Shown: positions 60,336 to 64,000 of the stretch, one piece after another
Layout of the letters: each line of letters opens with the position of its first letter
Position numbering within the stretch: position 1 is the first letter of the stretch
Assembly: GCA_934271465.1 (NCBI GenBank)
Contig: CAKQRQ010000010.1
Location: 951 to 64,950 of the forward strand
Length of the DNA: 64,000 bases
Source: an uncultured Alphaproteobacteria bacterium
GTDB taxonomy: Bacteria; Pseudomonadota; Alphaproteobacteria; RF32; CAG-239
Direction: 5' to 3'
Made by a program: the position numbers and the translations under genes
Notes under the pieces: generated by a model
What the model was told of the DNA's origin: nothing
Database searches by the model: none
What the model saw: the letters and a program-made list of their open reading frames with translations, nothing else

Positions 60336-62357
60336 TCATCCAAACAAGGCAAGCACGCTCTGGGCGGAATTTGCAGCAAGGGAAAGAGCGTTGGTGGCGA
60401 GTTGCTGGCGGGTTTGGAGCGCCAAATAATTCGCAGATTCCTCGTTCATATCAGCCAAAACGAGATTATCAGCCCCTGTTTCCAAAACATCTGTCAAAGC
60501 CTCGGTAAAATTTTGACGTGTCTGAATAATACTGTAATTGTTGCCTAATTCTGATTGAAATGTGCGAATTTTGTTAACCGCCGCCAAGAGCTCTTGAATT
60601 GAGTTTGCGATATCTCCCTGCGTTGTCCATTCAGCTTTGGTCAGTCCTAACGCGGCGGAACTCATATCCTTTCCTTGGACTGTTAGTTTGTTGTTTCGGG
60701 TTTCGTTGAACACAACGTCCAATTTTTCATTTTTGAGTAAATTAACGCCTTGATATGATGAGTCATTAATTAATTTATCATACTGCTCAAAAGCTTTGTT
60801 ATATTGATCGATGAGCGAGTCAGCAATTTGTCTGGTCGACGTATCTGAAGAAAATGTATTTGTAACTTCAATCTCACCGCGGGTTTGAAGCAGTGAAGAG
60901 AATATATCGTTTTCAAGGTTTTGAATCCCCGTAATGTCTATATTTCTATTGCCCCAATATGTCACTTTAAACCTCCCGCCATACGGATTATCCGGATTAA
61001 AATTCCCCGTGCCGAAAAATGAGCTAAACGTCAAGTCCCTCAGGTTGATAATTGTCGCATCGCATCCGTCTCCCGAGACGGCCGCAATCACGCCGACGAC
61101 CTTTTTGCTGCCGTTGTAATCCGCCGCCAAACCCCACGTTTTATCTTCATACATGACGTCGCCCACTTTGGGCGCCGTTCCATCCGCGGACGGATTAAAA
61201 ATATTTTTTAAAAGCTGAGAACAACGCATGGCGCCCGTGAAATCCTTATAATAGCTTTCCAAGTCGCCATCACTTCCGTCGATCCTCCATGAAGTGCCTG
61301 AAGTCTCCTCAGACGAGGACCAATAAGGAAAGGAGCGGAGAGCTGCCGCATCAACACCTTTGGTAGCAAGCGCATTCAAGGCGTTATTGATAAGGAGCAT
61401 CTTATCGCCTATAGCACCGGTTAAGCTGCCTCTGCCCGTTATTTTGCTAGTGTCTGTGCCGTAAAATTCCATCCACTCGCCTATTGAAGGCAAATACCAT
61501 TTACCTTGGCCGAAGTCGCCGTTTTTGTCACCGACATAAAATTGGCTTGCTGCACTGGCTGCCAGTCCGGCTTCTCCGATTTGGTCGAGAATGGCTTTTG
61601 TATTTGCTTGTCCGTCGTAAATCTCCATTGCTGCAACATTGCCATTGGCAAGTCTTTGCGCCCCTGTGCCGCTAACCGTAATTCCAAAGGTATTATCTAA
61701 CGTCAATTTACCGCCGTTCAACACCCTGATACCGGCAACTTTTTCTCCTGAGGCGAAAATTTTCAAATTGCTAATGCTTGCACTGTTTCCGGTTCCATCT
61801 ATCTCTATGGCTGATTTACCGGATTCTGTAGCAGTGTAAGAGATTTTGTGCCCGTTGCCGTCTAAAGTCACATTCGCCGCTGTGATACGGAGCTCAGTTG
61901 TTAAGGTAATGTCGCCTGAAAGGACAACTTTTGCGCCTGCGGCAATAGCGGCTTGAAGCTCTGCCTCTGTGCCAACGGCCGTATAGCCCTCGGCGATATA
62001 ATCTTCTATCGATTTGCCCGCTGTCGTCCCTGAACCTGAGGCACTGCCGATTTGGCTCAAGGCCTCGTTTGCAACGGCCGAGGCTTGTTCGAGGAATGAG
62101 GCACCGCTTGTCAGGCCTTGCGTCGCCGCTTGGATTGTTTGTATCCCCTGTCCCATCGCGTCTAATAAGGCGTCTAAATCCGAGGCTCTGTTTGTGAGAG
62201 CTCTTGCTTGATAATAGCTTGAGGCATTATCAATTGCGGAATTGACTTTCTTTCCTGTCGAAAGCCTTTCCTGTGTCGTGTTCATTTGTTTGGAGATGTT
62301 TTTCAGGCTGTTTAAGTTGCTCCGCATTGACGCCGTCAGCGTGATACTCTTTACCAT
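60336..62357 (-). CDS. flagellin-family protein with large inserted central domain (beta-helix-like plus DUF1566-like module)
   Basis: N-terminus SITLTASMRSNLNSLKNISKQMNTTQERLSTGKKVNSAIDNASSYYQARALT... and C-terminus ...ANYLALQTRQQLATNALSLAANSAQSVLALFG match flagellin D0/D1 helices. The central about 400 aa includes repetitive beta-helix-like strands and FYVGDKNGDFGQGKWYLPSIGEWMEFYGTD, nearly identical to the 8811-10181 protein. Confidence 0.7.
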   Translation of the reverse strand: MVKSITLTASMRSNLNSLKNISKQMNTTQERLSTGKKVNSAIDNASSYYQARALTNRASDLDALLDAMGQGIQTIQAATQGLTSGASFLEQASAVANEALSQIGSASGSGTTAGKSIEDYIAEGYTAVGTEAELQAAIAAGAKVVLSGDITLTTELRITAANVTLDGNGHKISYTATESGKSAIEIDGTGNSASISNLKIFASGEKVAGIRVLNGGKLTLDNTFGITVSGTGAQRLANGNVAAMEIYDGQANTKAILDQIGEAGLAASAASQFYVGDKNGDFGQGKWYLPSIGEWMEFYGTDTSKITGRGSLTGAIGDKMLLINNALNALATKGVDAAALRSFPYWSSSEETSGTSWRIDGSDGDLESYYKDFTGAMRCSQLLKNIFNPSADGTAPKVGDVMYEDKTWGLAADYNGSKKVVGVIAAVSGDGCDATIINLRDLTFSSFFGTGNFNPDNPYGGRFKVTYWGNRNIDITGIQNLENDIFSSLLQTRGEIEVTNTFSSDTSTRQIADSLIDQYNKAFEQYDKLINDSSYQGVNLLKNEKLDVVFNETRNNKLTVQGKDMSSAALGLTKAEWTTQGDIANSIQELLAAVNKIRTFQSELGNNYSIIQTRQNFTEALTDVLETGADNLVLADMNEESANYLALQTRQQLATNALSLAANSAQSVLALFG

Positions 62358-63120
62358 ATCACACCTCCGATTTTACAAAAACCGTCATGTTCGGGCTTGA
62401 CCTCTCTTTTGTCATCCTCGTGCCCGAGCGCAAGCGAGGAATAGACACGGGGATCCAGGAAAATTTTGATTCCTTGTTCGACCTGGATATTCGGGTCAAG
62501 CCCGAATATGACAGAAAAGGAAATCGGCTCCGCCTCGGGCACGAGAATGACAGAAAATTCTTCTGTAAGCCTAGAAACTGTAAGGGGGAGGGTAAGACGA
62601 GGCGTGTGCTTGAACCACCCGCGGCGCACACCGCAAGTCCGTTCAATCCGTTGATGTTATTTCCTAAAATCACGCCTAGAACCTCGTTTTTACACCTCAA
62701 AAGGAGAGCAAAAGTTCTCCTTTTTACTCTCCTTTTAACCTATTATCTTTCCTCTCCGTTTCAATCTGTTTCGAAAACTTATGCAGAGATTTTTTAACCC
62801 CAAGCAAAAACAAACTGGGTTCGGGCTTAATTTACAACTTCTTAGTGTTGGCGTGCAAAGAGTTAAAGAATAATACGGGTGTAAAGCAGCGGTAGCGTTC
62901 AGTCGTTTGCCGCCAACACTTAGAAAGTAAATTCCAGCCCGATGACTTTTGGTTACTTTTGGTCACTCAAAAGTAACGTAAAACGATGCTCAAACTTTCA
63001 CCAAAAAATAATTTGGAAATTTAAATAAGGATTCTTTGTTTCACCTAGATTTCCGGGTCAAGCCCGAAAATGACCGATTCTTACTTTTCCGTCCCGAACA
63101 AATTGCTCTCCTTTTGAAAA

Positions 63121-63289
63121 AAGTCTGATATTTGGAGCGGATAGAAACAAAAGTCGGCACAATACACAAAAAAAGGTGGATAGCGTGCGCAAATAATAAG
63201 AACTGAGAAAACCGGCGACGGGAGTGTAGTTGAGCCTACATGACCGAGCCGGTTCTTCGATTGTTCTGTATTAGTTGCCAGCTAGACGC
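63121..63289. repeat. intergenic repeat element copy B (related to 10231-10355, with about 47-bp internal insertion)
   Basis: Direct sequence match to copy A at both ends; additional shared motif ttttccgtcccg(a/c)acaaattgctc at 63085-63110 and 10437-10465. Confidence 0.8.
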
Positions 63290-63294
63290 CTTTT

Positions 63295-63558
63295 TTACTT
63301 AGAAAGAGCACCCTTCAAATTCTCCAAGCTCTCTTTGGCATCATTAATGGCTTTTTCCTGCTCGGCCTTTTTAGCGGCTTTATCGGCTTCGACCTGAGCT
63401 TTTTTGGCCGCCGCTTCGCTCTTCTGAGCCTCTATTTTGGCTGTGGCGGCATCGGCTGTTTCTTTGACCTTATTAGCGGCCGATGTAACATCCCATTCGG
63501 CATGGGCAACGGTTGTAAAAGCCAAAACAGCAGCCATAACGGCAAAAAACTTTTTCAT
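63295..63558 (-). CDS. small secreted Ala/Lys/Glu-rich coiled-coil protein
   Basis: Signal peptide MKKFFAVMAAVLAFTTVAHA, then AAKKAQVEADKAAKKAEQEKA low-complexity helix. Confidence 0.45.
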   Translation of the reverse strand: MKKFFAVMAAVLAFTTVAHAEWDVTSAANKVKETADAATAKIEAQKSEAAAKKAQVEADKAAKKAEQEKAINDAKESLENLKGALSK

Positions 63559-63847
63559 AACAATTCTCCTTTATAAATTATAAATAAAATTGATGTTCAA
63601 ACAATCGTAAACAGTATAGATATTTTTTCAAAAAACAGGAAAAGATTTTTTGCACTTTTTACACAAATAAAAAATGCTCAATCCCTCGGTAAAAGATTCT
63701 TTTTTTGCTGGATTTTTTGAAACGGCAATGGTATAAAAACCGCAGTAAAAGATTCTCGTTTACTCTTTTTGCCGGTAGATCAGGCGCTAAACCGTCTTAT
63801 TTACAGGGCTTTTTTTATTTTGTTAACGTTAACTTCTTTAAGGATGA

Positions 63848-64000
<153 letters not shown>

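Noticed and set aside
62351-62797. ORFs 62351-62629(-), 62359-62700(-), 62387-62797(+), 62466-62654(+) upstream of flagellin
   Set aside because: They overlap nested inverted repeats and translate into low-complexity sequences in several frames at once; better explained as structured non-coding DNA or RNA.

Overview
This 64 kb window appears to come from a low-GC alphaproteobacterial chromosome. The lineage call rests on gcrA, the rpoZ-spoT-acpS-lepB-rnc-era block, the dnaG-rpoD pair and tig-clpP-clpX. Other housekeeping genes are trxB, greA, fmt, prfC, secA and family-4 UDG; the window also holds two tRNAs and the 5' end of a PFOR/nifJ-like gene. Several accessory features are embedded in this backbone.

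1. A family of secreted, extremely Cys-rich modular proteins carries a DUF1566-like 'GKWYLPSIGEW' domain. One copy is inserted between tig and clpP, next to a Fic-family pseudogene remnant.
2. A 673-aa flagellin has its hypervariable core replaced by a beta-helix-like segment plus the same DUF1566-like module, nearly identical to that of the secreted paralog.
3. A species-specific intergenic repeat family is associated with both of these loci.
4. A 10-gene glycan-biosynthesis operon contains a low-GC mosaic core and a recurring 'IPxKK(I/L)RKK' terminal motif. It is headed by a small serine-recombinase-like gene. That gene sits directly next to a 17-bp perfect inverted-repeat-flanked ~110-bp segment and tRNA-Gly, making it a candidate invertible-promoter (phase-variation) switch.
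5. A retropepsin / 7TM-inactive-transglutaminase / ATP-grasp triad is present.
6. A metallothionein-like mini-protein lies immediately downstream of trxB.
7. Several unannotatable secreted or hypothetical proteins are present.
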